DNA of 64,000 nt, from the NCBI RefSeq assembly GCF_000143415.4, contig NW_003314292.1:612069-676068 (forward strand), given 5' to 3'. The notes below the pieces were generated by a model. That model made no database searches. It worked only from the letters and a program-made list of their open reading frames with translations, and was not told where the DNA came from. Source of the DNA: Selaginella moellendorffii. Its lineage: Eukaryota > Plantae > Lycopodiophyta. Shown here piece by piece: positions 24,002-36,627 of the stretch (positions are counted from its first letter, which is position 1; each line of letters opens with the position of its first letter). The translations under genes and the position numbers were made by a program.

Positions 24002-26446
24002 ATGGAGATTTGCCGGGCTGTGGACGCGAGCTGCGATCGGAGGCTCCAGGCCAAGTACAAGCACGCGATGTTTGTGATCGATCGAACGCTGGCGCTCTAC
24101 AGGTGCTTCGGCTGATTTTGGAGAGGTTGAGGGGTTTTGAGCTGGGATTTTGGTTTTTCCAGGCCGGATGAGGTCGCATTTAGCTTCAATGGGGGAAAAG
24201 ACTCTACGGTATGGTGGGATTGTGTGGAATTCGTTTGTATTTTCTAGCGTTAGATTCTTGAGATAGAGATACAAATACCAAAAGAGCTGATAAGAGGTCA
24301 ATCTTATATCTTTCTCTGTCTGGTTTAGGTTCTTCTTCATCTTTTAAGAGCTGGCTATGCAGCTTTGAAGTCTAAATTGTCACTGCCGGCAGATGCTGAA
24401 GATCGGATTCGAACGATTTATTTCGAAGGTCCCGATGCTTTCCCAGAGATTGATTCCTTCACATACGAGACAGCACAAGAGTACGCGATTTTCCTTTATT
24501 TTTTTTCTCTTGCTTCTAACTTTGTGTTTAACCTTGCATTTGTTTCCAGATATAACTTAGAGCTTGAAGTTTTAAGGCAAGACTTCAAGTCAGGTTTGGA
24601 AGCTCTATTAAAAAACAAGCCTATTAAGGCTATATTCTTAGGCACGAGAATTGGCGATCCGAATGCAGTATGTTTCGTGGTATCTCGACTGATTGATGCA
24701 AAACGTTTCGTTTGTTTATTTTGTGTAGGTGGGGCAAGAGCAGTTCTCACCAAGTTCTACTGGCTGGCCGCCGTTCATGCGCGTGAATCCAATCCTAGAT
24801 TGGTCTTACAGGTACGATTTTTAGACTCACACGAAATGCCACCACTGTTTGTACTTTCCAGAGACGTATGGGCATTTTTACTGGCTTGCAAAGTTCCTTA
24901 CTGTAAATTATATGATCAAGGGTGAGGGCACTTTCATCGAACGAATCTTCATCTGACTCTGGTTAATATAGTTCGTGGTTATACCAGGTACACATCTATT
25001 GGAAGCGTACATGATACCGTTCCGAATGAAGCATTGTATATCGATTCTTCGGTGGAAGAAGATTGCCCTGAGTTAGGATTGTCGAGAAAGAAGGCTTACA
25101 AGCCAGCTTATTTATTGCGCGATGGAAGGCTTGAAAGGGCGGGACGGTTGAGAAAGCAACCGAGAAAGGACTATCAGGGCCCGGGTGTTGCAAATGGTGT
25201 TGAAAATACGGATACTCAGGCCAACGTTGATACTTTATATGCTGCATCTGTCTTGTCAGTCGGTGATGAGCTCTTGTAAGTTTGTCCTCCTGGAGCTTTG
25301 TGCTGGTTTAACTTCAGTATTACAGGAGAGGAGATATGGACGACCAGATGGGTACATTCTTAAGCAAAGAGCTTTTCTCTCTAGGCTGGACTGTTACGCG
25401 TCGTGCAGTCGTTCCAAATGATGTAAGTAGTTCCCGTGTTTTAGCATGTAGAGGTGAGCTAAGCTATTTTTCGAGGCAGGTTGACGCAGTTGCCGAGGAA
25501 ATCGAACAGAGATCAAGTGCGAGCGATATTGTAAGCTCCAATATTTTATTTGTGTACAGGAGTAACATTGAAACTCACAGGTCTTAGTTTGTGGAGGTGT
25601 TGGACCTTTGCATTGTGATGTAACCCTGGCCGGCGTGGCAAAAGCTTTTGGAGTTCGATTGGTAAGTTTAGAATGTATACGTGAACTTGATCTTATTTTT
25701 AGAAATCAGGCTCCTGATGAAGAGTTTGAAGAGTATCTTCGTCAACTTGTTGGAGACAACTGTGCAGGGGATCAGAATGCGGTAGTGTGGTTTTCTTTTT
25801 ATTTTTCTGGGTCCCAAAGAATTTTTAAAAGCAGATGGCGAGATTGCCAGAAGGAATCACTGAGCTTTTGCATCACAAACGGCTCTCTATCCCAGTGGTA
25901 AATTCTCTTGATTTACGTGCTTCTTTTGTTTTTATCCTTACCATGTACTTCTCAGATAAAATGTCGAAACGTGTTTGTACTGTCGGGTCCAACGATTAGG
26001 GACTTCAAGCTACAATACCAGTGCCTTTTGGAGCTGAGCAAAAGCCGCGACTTTCTCGCTACCCAGCACCCCTTTTGCTTGATACGGCTCGAAACACAAT
26101 TGTCTAAAGTACGTATTTCACAAGCTTTTGTTTCGATCTCCTATGCCCTTTGTTTACAGGTAGAAATAGCGAAGCCTTTCTCCCAATTGGCTGCAGAGTA
26201 CCCGGATTTGACACTTGGTACGATGGCTGTCTTATTAAACATGTCGATTCATATAATTTACAGGTTGCTACCACCAGCAAGATGACAAAGGCGCTCCTGT
26301 CATTAACATCATGGGAAAGGCAAGATTGTGCTCGCAAATTTCTTAGTCCGTACTGAGGTAACTCTGTCTTCCAGAATCCTGTACGCGTCAAAGCGGCAGC
26401 CTGTGCATTGCGTGCTCTAGCGCCAAAGCAAGCATTCCCAGCGTGA
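24002..26446 (+). CDS. FAD synthase (PAPS-reductase domain plus C-terminal molybdopterin-binding/CinA-like domain)
   Basis: [80 protein letters not shown]. Confidence 0.92.
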
Positions 26447-27195
26447 GGAAAAGCACCAGTGACGACGCATGGAATAAGCTTGTACGGGCAGTAGAAAAAC
26501 AAAGGTAGCTCCCAGTTTTTCTTTGTCTGCTTACACTAGTGAGCTCTTGTTTATTAGAGACGCGGCCACAAAGCTCTAGCAAAGTGTGCATTACAATCGA
26601 AAAAAAGAATTAAGGCTGGGGAAGAGTGCCTGCTACATTAGCAAGTCATGAAGAATGTCACGGAGCTAGTCTCATTAATTCCAAGGTATAATCTTTGCAG
26701 CGGAGTTCTCGTCGGGCATTGTCTATTTGATATTTGTTAATGAAGTTTTACCATGCTCTATGGTTGGCTCAATTGTTTAAATCTCTATGGTATAGATTCT
26801 ATGCACGAGTTCGAATATAACTATTAAAGTAGCGTGTAGGAATGAGCTTCTTCCACGACAGTGGTCTCCACACCACCAATCGAGCCTTGTGGCTCAACTG
26901 TGTCTATTTAGCAACAAGAAAGAGCGCCATTTGAATGACCTAAAGGACAGCTATCTCTTTAGGAATATCGTAAAATATCCTCTCTTTCGTACGTTTATGG
27001 CATCCGACCGTACTCGCAATGGAATTTCTTTGTTCCCCGCTTTGTGGATGAATTGATAGGGTGAGCTTTTAGCTATGGCGGTGAGGCGCGATAGATAGGC
27101 AAAGAGGGCGGGCGCGGCGCTCGGTCGATTCTCACGGATTTTATCCCGGAATGAAGCTCTGGCGGTGTTGACGCCGCGATTTTGCCTCGCCGGAG

Positions 27196-28861
27196 ATGGC
27201 ATTCGTGCTGACGACGAGTAGCGCGGTCTCGCAGGGCACATTCTTGTCTCTCAGGGTTTTGTGCTCGAGAAGCGTCCTTCCCAGAGGTATGTGTGAGGCA
27301 ATTTGGTTTCGCAGCGATGGATGATAGATATTTCGAATGCCGCTCCAGGTCGAAGGCGATGGAGGCGCTATTGCTCTCGCATCGAGCACAGCGAGGCAGA
27401 GGACGGGATGTTCTCGAAATTTGGCGATTTTCATCCAGCCAGCAGCGCGAACAACAGCGCGAGTAGCATCGGGAAGCTCCAGGTATTCTCCAAAGCTCCC
27501 AAGGATCATAGCTCCCGAAAGGTTTCTAGAGAAGAGAATCCCCTGGCGTCTTTTGGCTTGAAGGTTAAGAGGGACAGCCAAGGAAGGAAGATCGACATAG
27601 CCAAGTCGCTCTCCAAAATGCTGCCATACATTGTGGTGGCCACTGCTGCCGCGGCGCTCATCCACCCAGCTACATTTGCGTGGTACGTAAGAGAATTTCT
27701 CACCGAGAACTTTTGAGATTGATCTAGCTTTCTTCTGTCCATCCAAATCAAGGTTTTATCACTGAGATTGGATATAAACTTTGATGAGCTTTCAGGGTCA
27801 GAAAAGAGCACTATGCTCCGGCACTTGGAGGAATCATGCTGTCTATAGGCGTCCAGCTTTCCATATCCGACTTCGCGATTGTTTTGCAGAGGTGAGCTTA
27901 CAATCCATGCTTTTTTGCACTGAGTAGTTCTTTCTTTTCTTTTTTCGATTCAGGCCTTTGCCTCTATGCATGGGCTACGTGCTTCAATACGTGATGAAGC
28001 CAATACTCGGGTTTTTGGTAGTGAGAGGCTTCGGTGTTCCTCCTTCGTTTGCCGCGGGTCTCATTCTCACGGCTTGTGTTGCGGGTGCTCAGCTCTCCAG
28101 CTACGCGGCTTACTTAAGTGAAGGCGACATAGCTCTCAGCATCATGCTTACGAGCATCAGCACGATTACTTCTGTGATCGTCACGCCTTTTCTTACGCAG
28201 TTCTTGATTGGCTCGGTTGTGCCAGTGGACGTCGTAGCCATGGCGAAATCAATTCTCCAGGTAAACTATGGCCTCGAGATTTCATGTAACTTAAACCCTT
28301 TCCTTGTTTCAGGTGGTCTTTCTTCCGGTTCTAACAGGACTTACTCTCAACACTTACGCAAAGCCGCTGGTGGACAGAATACGTCCCGTGATGCCACTGG
28401 TCGCCATGGTTTGCACGTCGCTGTGCATTGGAAGCCCTCTGGCTCTCAACCAGTCGAAGATCATATCAATGGAAGGTCTCCAGCTTTTGTTCCCGGTGCT
28501 GGTATTCCACGCCCTTGGCTTTGGTCTTGGCTACTTCATCTCGAGACTTCCCTTCTGGAGGTGACTAAAGTTCTTCGCTTCTAGTTCCGTTAATCCTTAC
28601 TTCGAGTTCCTTTTTGTGCTGTATCTCAGGCAAAATCACAAGGTGTCAAGAACACTGTCACTTTGCACTGGAATGCAAAGCTCGACGCTAGCAATGCTCC
28701 TGGCCACCCAGTTTTTGGGCGACACTCAAGCAGTTCCTCCGGCTTGCTCGGTGGTGATAATGGCAGTGATGGGATTGACGCTGGCTACTTGGTGGGGAAA
28801 AGAAGAATCAAACAACAAGACGCCATCGTCGTCTTCCTCCAGCGCTCCAGTCTTCGCGTAG
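27196..28861 (+). CDS. BASS3: Plastid bile acid:sodium symporter family transporter
   Basis: Transit peptide; HYAPALGGIMLSIGVQLS, AGAQLSSYA, LIGSVVPVD, AMVCTSLCIGSPL, CTGMQSSTLA, QAVPPACSVV. Confidence 0.9.
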
Positions 28862-28946
28862 CACAAGAAATTTTTACAGGCAGCAGTTTGTAAATATGAG
28901 ATATTTATCTCGAAGAACTGGAAGTTCTTCTAAATTCCCAACCGTC

Positions 28947-29007
28947 CACGTGGCAGAGTAACGAACCGCCACGTGGAATAAAACCGCCGTCAGCAGGCAT
29001 TTATAGA
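28947..29007 (+). promoter_or_regulatory. Twin G-box/ABRE elements plus TATA-like box
   Basis: CACGTGGC at 28947-28954, GCCACGTG at 28968-28975 and TTTATAGA at 29000-29007, upstream of the 74-aa ORF. Confidence 0.65.
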
Positions 29008-29141
29008 TCACCAAGCAAAGAGGGTTTTGTGCCATTCTTTCCGTGGGCTTTTTCGGTTTTCGAGGTAGGGTTCTATCTCTCGATCGCTTCGATCGATCTC
29101 CTCCTTGTGCTCTCGCCTTTCGCGCAGGCGCGCTTGCTAGA

Positions 29142-29366
29142 ATGTCTGGATCGGGCGAGAAGGGCTACTCCTACAAGGGCTCTGGGACGAACTCCCAGGG
29201 AAATCACTACTGCTCTCGCGATTATGGCGCCTCGGCCCCAAATCCCAACGCTTACCACTATTCCAACCAGAATGGATCCTACTACTACTCCAATCCCAAT
29301 GGATCGACGTACTACAACAGCGGCAAAGGCAGCGCGACCTACACTCCGCCCGCGAGCAAGAAGTGA
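29142..29366 (+). CDS. Small (74 aa) Tyr/Asn/Gly/Ser-rich protein resembling a fungal small-protein family
   Basis: MSGSGEKGYSYKGSGTNSQGNHYCSRDYGASAPNPNAYHYSNQNGSYYYSNPNGSTYYNSGKGSATYTPPASKK; intronless CDS; putative 5'UTR intron 29065-29127; strong C-ending codon bias. Confidence 0.85.
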   Translation: MSGSGEKGYSYKGSGTNSQGNHYCSRDYGASAPNPNAYHYSNQNGSYYYSNPNGSTYYNSGKGSATYTPPASKK

Positions 29367-29603
29367 TCGCATCGCAGTGAAGAAATTTCCTTTCATGTGT
29401 GTCTGTGTGTTTCTTTGATTCGCGAGCGCCATCGCGGCTTCTTGTGTTGCTTTCTCTCTTGGAATGCCAGTAAAAGCTTAATCGTGATTATCGTGGTAAA
29501 TAGGTTTAGTTAACTAAACAAATCCGACCATTTGGGCGGGACATTTTAAAGCCAACGGCTAGTGTATTTGCCCTTTTGCCCTTGTTTCTTTTAGGTTTTG
29601 GGA

Positions 29604-32600
29604 ATGGCAGCGATGTTAGATTTCTTGCGTCGAGCGTCCAGAGAGGGCTGTGGCGGCGATCTAGCTGATGACGCTGCTCGCCAGGATCCGATGATCGAAG
29701 AAGCGTCCGCGGCAGAGGATTCCAGGGTCGCGGCCAGGGATGACGAAGAAATCACGGTTTTCTCGAGCCCGGTGCGAGATTTCGAGCTGGATTTGGGAGA
29801 TGGAGAGGAAATTCTTAGCAGTTTCTGCGAGGGGAACGAGCTCTCGTTCAATTACATTCCAGGTATGTTCTTGTTCTTGCGAGAAGCATCGCGAAATACT
29901 CTGCCGCCATGCCTATGCCTATTTCCAGACAAGGTCGTGGCCGCGATAAATGCCGGTGGCTCATCGATTCTAGATACATCTTTCGGCATCGATTTCGTGG
30001 ACGATCGATTTTTCTCTGGTGGAGATGTGCTTAGAACTGCCGAAGATATCGTTGATGCGCAGGAGCCTTCGCTATACCGCACAGCAAGGTATGGGGAGGT
30101 TACTTACGCCCTAGATGGACTGGAAAGTGGAGATTACTACGTGGATATCCACTTTGCCGAGATTATTTTCACGAATGGTCCTCCTGGGATGAGGATCTTT
30201 GACGTCTACATTCAGGACGAGAAGGTGAGAGTCTTTGGAATTTTTTCATGTTCTTTTCACTTTTTACGTTTGTCCTTCTTGCGTATAGGTTGTCTCGGAT
30301 CTTGACGTCTATGGACGGGTGGGGTCGAACAGGCCCTTGATTTTGCTAAACGTGCGAGCTGCAGTCAACGGCGGTGTTCTTACTTTGGCATTTCGTGGCG
30401 TTGTTGGAAATCCCACCATCAGCGCCATCTGCGTTCACAGAGCTCCTCCTCTTGGTGCGTTTCTTCAATGTAGTAAATAATTTGTTGATTTTTTTGTTTG
30501 ATCCAGCTAAGCGAACCGGTCGTAAGCCACGACCAATTTACGAGCTTGCGTTGGAAAACTGCCAGAAGCAGAATGCTCGCAGACTCACGTTTTGTGAGCA
30601 GGTTCGTAATGCAGCGCTACTTTTTCTCAAACTATTAATGATGGTTTGGATTGCTTCAGATGAGGGATAAAAGTCGAGGAGCAGTTACTGAAAGCGAGCA
30701 AAGATTGGAAGAACTCAGAAACGAGTGCCATCAGGCCTGGATTTCTGTTCAAGAATCCAATCGCCAAGCTGAAAAATTACGTGATGAACTTTCCGTGAAG
30801 TCTCTTACTGTCGATACACTCGGTACGATTATCTAGATTGAGTTAAGACTTTATGCTTTTTGTTTTGTTATCAGCAAATGCCGTGGAAACTCAGGTGCTG
30901 GAGCTAAGAGATTTGAAGGAAAAAGAAATGAACGAAAAGACGAAGTTGAAGCTAGCCGTCAGTGATGCCCAGAGGAAAGTCGAGGTTAGCGTCCATTTCT
31001 TTCTCTGTCTTCTGATACTTATTCATTTGTTGATAATCCAGGAACTCAGAATACTCTATAGTCTCCTGTCCAAGGACGCAAGAGATTGTATATGCTCCTT
31101 TCCAGATCCCCATGGCATGGTTTCTGCGGTTCAAGCTTTAGGTAAGGCCGAGCGCAGTTGGACTTACTTCAATGCTGAATATATCGTTTTTGTCAGTGAA
31201 TGAACAGAAGGAGTTAAAGAAAAGACTACTAGACGAGAGTCAAGAACGGAAGTTTTTGTACAACAAGTTGATTGAAATGAAAGGCAAGTTTGCTACATCT
31301 GTATAATTGATTTCATGAGTTTTCTTCCAGGGAACGTTAGGGTGTTTTGCAGATGCAGACCGTTGAATGCATCAGAAGCGTCAGCATCGTCGGTGTCACT
31401 AGTCGAGTTTGACTCCGCTAGAGAGAATGAACTCGTCATTCGGGCTGGCACCAATCCGAAAAAGCTCTACAAGTTTGATCGAGTGTTCACTCCCGAAGAC
31501 GATCAACGTGAGTATATGGCAAAGTCTATATTCACAAGCTGATCCTCGTTTCCGTTGTGCAGCTGAAGTGTTTGCAGACACGTCTCCGGTCGTTGTATCT
31601 GTCCTGGATGGCTACAACGTGTGCATATTTGCCTACGGACAAACAGGTACTGGCAAAACATTCACGATGGAAGGCATTCCAGGAAACCGAGGTGTCAACT
31701 ATCGTACATTGGAGGAACTTTTTCGACTATCTACTGTACGCAAAGGAGAGGTCAACTATGAGATAAAAGTTAGTGTTCTAGAAGTTTATAATGAGCAGAT
31801 CCGAGACTTGTTGACAACACCATCTCAAGCTGGTCTGGCGCCAAAGAGGTAGGCAAAGCTATTATTGCGGCTTGCTAACACATTTTGTTCAGGCTAGAAA
31901 TTAAGCAAGACGCTGATGGTGGCCATCGTGTTCCTGGCCTCGTCGAGGCTGAGGTACACAGCATGACAGAAGTATGGGAGGTTCTCCAAAGCGGGAGCGC
32001 TGCTCGAGCTGTTGGCTCTACAAATGCTAACGAACATAGTAGCCGTTCTCACTGGTTTGTATAACGTCTTGAAGTTTAAATTTTGGTCTCTAATGATGCC
32101 GTTGCAGCATGTTGTGCGTGAAAGTAAGAGGCGAGAACATGACTACAGGAGAATGTACTCGCAGCAAGCTTTGGCTTGTCGATCTTGCTGGAAGCGAGAG
32201 AGTTGCAAAAAGTGATGTTCAGGGTGATCGCCTGAAAGAAGCTCAGAACATCAACAAGTCGTTATCAGCCCTGGGAGATGTTATTCACGCTCTAACGACG
32301 AAAAGTAACCACGTGCCTTACAGGTAATTCAGGTCTAGAGCAACGCAGACATTAATAAGTCGGGCATTGTGCAGGAACTCGAAGTTAACACATCTTCTGC
32401 AAGACTCGCTTGGTATGTCTGGCGTTCCCTCTTCAATTGTCCATTCATTCTTTTGTGCAGGAGGAGAATCGAAGACTCTTATGTTCGTACAGATAAGCCC
32501 CACCGAGGCTGATGTCGGGGAAACGTTGTGCTCCTTAAATTTTGCTAGCAGAGTACGTGGTGTAGAGATGGGTCCGGCAAAGAAGCAGCTCGATTCCTCG

Positions 32601-33703
32601 GAGTTTTTCAAGTATAAGCAAATGGTAAAGTATTTCTCTGTGAATCTCAGTCTCCTAAAACCCAGAGCATGCAGGCAGAGAAGGCTAAGCAAGATGTGAA
32701 AACCAAGGATGATAGCGTCAGAAGGCTCGAAGACAGCTTACGTACCACCGAAAGTAAACTGAAGGTAAAAGAACAACTGTGTCAGAGCCTAGCTGAAAAG
32801 GTCAAGGACCGAGACAAAGTTGCTGCTGAACTGGAGCTCCAGCTAGCCACCGAGAAGAAAGCTCGTCTTGCAGCAGAAGTGGCTCTCAAGGAAAAGCGTC
32901 TGAAAGCTGATAGAGAAGGATCGTGGGACAGGGCTGACAGGGCGAATGCGGAAGAAGCTCTTGAAGCTGCGTTTAAAACAGCCGCTAGTTTTCACCCCAA
33001 GGAAAATAGTTACAGACAACCGTTACAAGAGCGGGCGCTGGAGAATGAGCTTAAGCCGCTAAGCAAAGACGAGAAAGCTCCCAAAGTCCTTGGTGAAAAC
33101 CGTGCTCTGCAAAACGAGAACATCGATCCCCAAAATCCAGATGGTCTTACTTCGGTTCTACGCAAGCCTCCACACGCAAGGCTGAAGGTGGTACCTTCGA
33201 GATTCAATTCTCCGCCGCTTATGCCAATGCCCCGCCGAACTTCGCTGTGCGGAATCACTCGACGGACGTCCTTGGCTCCTGCTCCAACGAAATTCGTCGT
33301 GGAGACTCCATCAACTCAGCTTAAGTCATCGGAGGTGCAAGAGGACATTAAGACAGTGCAGAGTATCGTCCAAGCAGAGAGCCGCACCTTCCAGGTAGAA
33401 GATAGCAACGTCCCTTCCGTAGCCTGGAAAGGTATCGACGTTCCTGGAACGCTCACAAGGCTAAGGCAACACAGAAGAGTACACTTCAGCTCGCCGTTAA
33501 TGCGGTCGAGGGAGAAGCTGATGGCGTTGAAGAAGGAAACGTGCGACAACCTCCCGGAAACAAAGCAGTCCAGTGGTACCAGAATGAGACGAGTAAGTTT
33601 GGTGGCCAGGTCCTGGAACAAGCATCCAGGAGGAGCCCAACGAATTCTCAGTGGCAGGAAGGGTTCCATGCACCAGCGTGAAAGGGGCTGGAACAAAGGA
33701 TAG
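29604..33703 (+). CDS. Malectin-domain kinesin-14 (KIN14Q/R-like)
   Basis: Malectin ([33 protein letters not shown]); motor [13 protein letters not shown]-loop [34 protein letters not shown]. Confidence 0.95.
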
Positions 33704-33824
33704 ATAAGAATGGGAGCCGCAGCATACATACACTACGAAGCAGTTGTGCTCTTCATATAGCAAGTAAGCTTACATGTTTCTAATCACGTCATTCGTTTTA
33801 CATCATTAGTTCTTTCTAGATATG

Positions 33825-34892
33825 TCAAGGAATAGCTCTAAAGTCCGGCTGAAAGCAAACCAGTGGCGGAACGGCGATCCTAAATGCACTCTCGGGGACA
33901 TGGCTCCAGACATCAAGCTTCGTGTCATAAGCGAGTCCCCCGAGTTCTGGGTGTCCCTTGAGAGAGGCTCCAATCAGCCGACCGGTGAAGGACGCCTCAA
34001 ACTGGTAAGCTCTTACAAACGTAGTCTGCTCGACCTTTACAATAAAGTCTTTCAGGAGATTACACGGCATGCACAGCCAGAGCACCCACGGGCTCTTGGT
34101 CACCCGCTTGCCTTGGTCGAGCTCCCATACCGCAATGGAGTTCTCATCACTGCCCTCTATCCGGACCCCGGATACCGTCACGTAGCGCCCCCGAAAGTCG
34201 ACGAGATTGTTGGAGATAGAAACGTCGCGCTCGTCGACTCTAATGGACCCGCAAGGTGGGCTCACTCTCCTGAGGAGTTTCCAATCGTACAGGCTGAGCA
34301 GCAGCGTCTCTGAATCGCACGCGTAGTAGACGAGCTCGTCGCTGGCGACGATCACTCCGGTGGAAGGCTTGAAACTCTCCTCGGCCAGCGTCGTGGCCCA
34401 GTCCCCGCGCCTGGAGCTGTAAGTATGGATGTAGAACGCATCGAAGATTATAACCGTGTAGCTGCTGTTCCAGGCTTTGGAGCATGGATCCCGCGCCATC
34501 GCCATGCCGAGAGGGCTCGAGTCGAGAGTGGAAGGATGCGGCAGCCTCCTGCTGGATCCCGTGAGCAGATTAAAGACGAGGATCTCGTGAGCGAGGCCTC
34601 GGAGAGAGCCGACAGTGCAAACCAGGCCTCCCAGCGCCGACCAGTGGAGGATCCTACACCGGGGATTTGGAGGAGCTTTCAAGGATTTGCGAAGCGAGAG
34701 CTTGGGCAGGAGGTGATGATTGACGTCGCTGCTGCTGTGATCGTCGTCCAGGGCGATGATCTCGTCGTCGTCCTTGAGCAGCAGTGACCACGATTGATCG
34801 CCATTGTTGTGCTGGAGGAGAGCCTGGAGATCGTGATTTGGGAACTTACCACCCACGCAAAGGTAGGAGCTGAGCTTGATCAACTTGGCCAT
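33825..34892 (-). CDS. F-box-associated/kelch-like domain protein with no obvious F-box, single exon
   Basis: 355-aa ORF from ATG; ALGGLVC..ILVFNLLTGSSRRLP, YSSRRGDW, SIAVWELD, AYDTKLDVWS, CFQPDF. Confidence 0.7.
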   Translation of the reverse strand: MAKLIKLSSYLCVGGKFPNHDLQALLQHNNGDQSWSLLLKDDDEIIALDDDHSSSDVNHHLLPKLSLRKSLKAPPNPRCRILHWSALGGLVCTVGSLRGLAHEILVFNLLTGSSRRLPHPSTLDSSPLGMAMARDPCSKAWNSSYTVIIFDAFYIHTYSSRRGDWATTLAEESFKPSTGVIVASDELVYYACDSETLLLSLYDWKLLRRVSPPCGSIRVDERDVSISNNLVDFRGRYVTVSGVRIEGSDENSIAVWELDQGKRVTKSPWVLWLCMPCNLLKDFIVKVEQTTFVRAYQFEASFTGRLIGASLKGHPELGGLAYDTKLDVWSHVPESAFRIAVPPLVCFQPDFRAIP

Positions 34893-34978
34893 TTGTACAA
34901 AAAGGGTGGCAAGAGAGTAAAATTTAGGGCCCAAATTGGAAGTATTTTGGGTTCTAGTATTTTAGGGTTTGTGGTGAT

Positions 34979-35245
34979 ATGGACAATAGCAATTGGAAGA
35001 GAATATTACAGGAGTTGGCGGTAAGTTTTGATGAAACGAGTGGTTTTTACTGCGCTCTTGTCTTTCAGCAAAATGTTGAGGAGATGCTAGAAGCCGAGAG
35101 AGAAATTCTACGGACAATGCGTGAAATGACGAGGCATGAGCAAGAGATAGGAGAGACGATGCAGCAACTCGAGGAGCAAATCACGCAGGCACTGGAGCAA
35201 GTCCAGCAGATGATCTGGAAGGAAGATCATCAAGATGTTAATTGA
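34979..35245 (+). CDS. Small coiled-coil hypothetical protein (2 exons)
   Basis: MDNSNWKRILQELA|gtaag..cag|QNVEEMLEAEREILRTMREMTRHEQEIGETMQQLEEQITQALEQVQQM. Confidence 0.5.
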   Translation: MDNSNWKRILQELAVSFDETSGFYCALVFQQNVEEMLEAEREILRTMREMTRHEQEIGETMQQLEEQITQALEQVQQMIWKEDHQDVN

Positions 35246-35312
35246 TTGAAAATAAACGTGTGAAAGACATGAGAAAACTTGGTAGGATTCTTCGTTTGCT
35301 TTCCTCCTTTTT

Positions 35313-36515
35313 CAATCGCAGACGAGTTCCTTGATCTCCTTCTCGAAGCACTCGAGCTGCGTCCTGATCTTTGGGAGGAACTGGCTCATCTGGGATCGGA
35401 GGTGCTCGCGTTCTGGCTCGGGCAGCGTCTCTGGAACTTCGGTGAAGGCTACGTCTATCTGCATCATCCGCTCGGCTCAAAGCTTTGTGCTAAGAGGAAA
35501 CAAGACATACCCGAAGATCGTCAAGATCACCCAAGCAAGTATCGACCGAGAGTGTCCCTTCCACTTGAAACGGCTCACCGACCTCGATCTTGCCTGCGCA
35601 ACGTTTTACGTTGGTCTCTTGCAGCTTTCATCTTAAAAGATTAGGATACCGAGAAAGTCCAGCAGAATGTCGAAGCTGTAATCCACTCGTCTTTTCCCTC
35701 GTACTGTGAGTATCGCCGCCTGTAAAAGAGAGTGAGCGTTGGAAGAATTCCAAATTCCAGATCTTCGTGCTTACATCACCAGTGCAGCGAGAAACATCGG
35801 TCACGTAGGCTGAACCCTCTCCGAAAGTGATGGGCTCCGCAGCAAGTAAAAGCTCCTGATCAAAAGAAAAAGCTCAGACGTTTGTCGTGGGTTTCGTAAG
35901 AACCATACCCTTAGCTTCGAGATAGCCCAGTCGTTGAGGTTTCTCTCCTCCCAAGCGTTCTAGAAAGAAAAAAAAAATCGAGTGAGAACACAATGGAAAA
36001 CCAAAAGAAACACACACACACAAACACACACAAAGGACTCTGAAAGAAATGGAGAAAGAGAGGAAGGGAGAAACAAATGGAAGTAAAGAAGAAACACACA
36101 CACAAACATACTCTGACAGAAATGGAGAAGGAGAAGGGAGAAAACAATGGAAGTGAAGGAGAAACACAACAAAACCTGGAGTAGCTAGTTGCTCAGACCT
36201 TCAAGTAGACTGCGCAAGACAATCCAAGAATGTATCACTCTACAAGAATGCGCATTGTATTTTGCGCACTTACTCGATCGGTCGCCATACACATGGAAGC
36301 AAATCTCCGGCTCACGAGCAATGGCGGCATTCTCTGCGAAGAATAAGAAGAAAAAGGCCCCGCTCAGTCTATTGCTGATCGACAACCCACCTGAGAGCAG
36401 CTGCTAGGATTCCTGGGTAGCGGGAGGCGCAGGCATCGACTGGAAGCGCCTCGAGGCTCGGCGAGAATGGAGCAGAGCATCCTTCCGCCGAGGAGACGCG
36501 CGCCCGTCGCAGCCA
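35313..36515 (-). other. Possible multi-exon hypothetical gene or pseudogene (organelle-targeting-like N-terminus, coiled-coil C-terminus)
   Basis: MAATGARLLGGRMLCSILAEPRG... at the 5' end and ...EREHLRSQMSQFLPKIRTQLECFEKEIKELVCD* at the 3' end; middle exons not resolved. Confidence 0.35.
35990..36170. repeat. Imperfect ~70-80 bp tandem repeat (~2.5 copies), purine/CA-rich
   Basis: aatggaa...gaaacacacacacaaaca...actctga.agaaatggagaa..gaagggagaaa repeated. Confidence 0.75.
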
Positions 36516-36627
36516 TTGCCGCTTAAACCCTAAAGCCCTGGAGCAAAATATCTTCTCTTTACCTCCATACATTGCCAAGAACCCTAAAAACAGAGCTATG
36601 CTCTGTAGAGGGGAAGGAAACTTGGCG

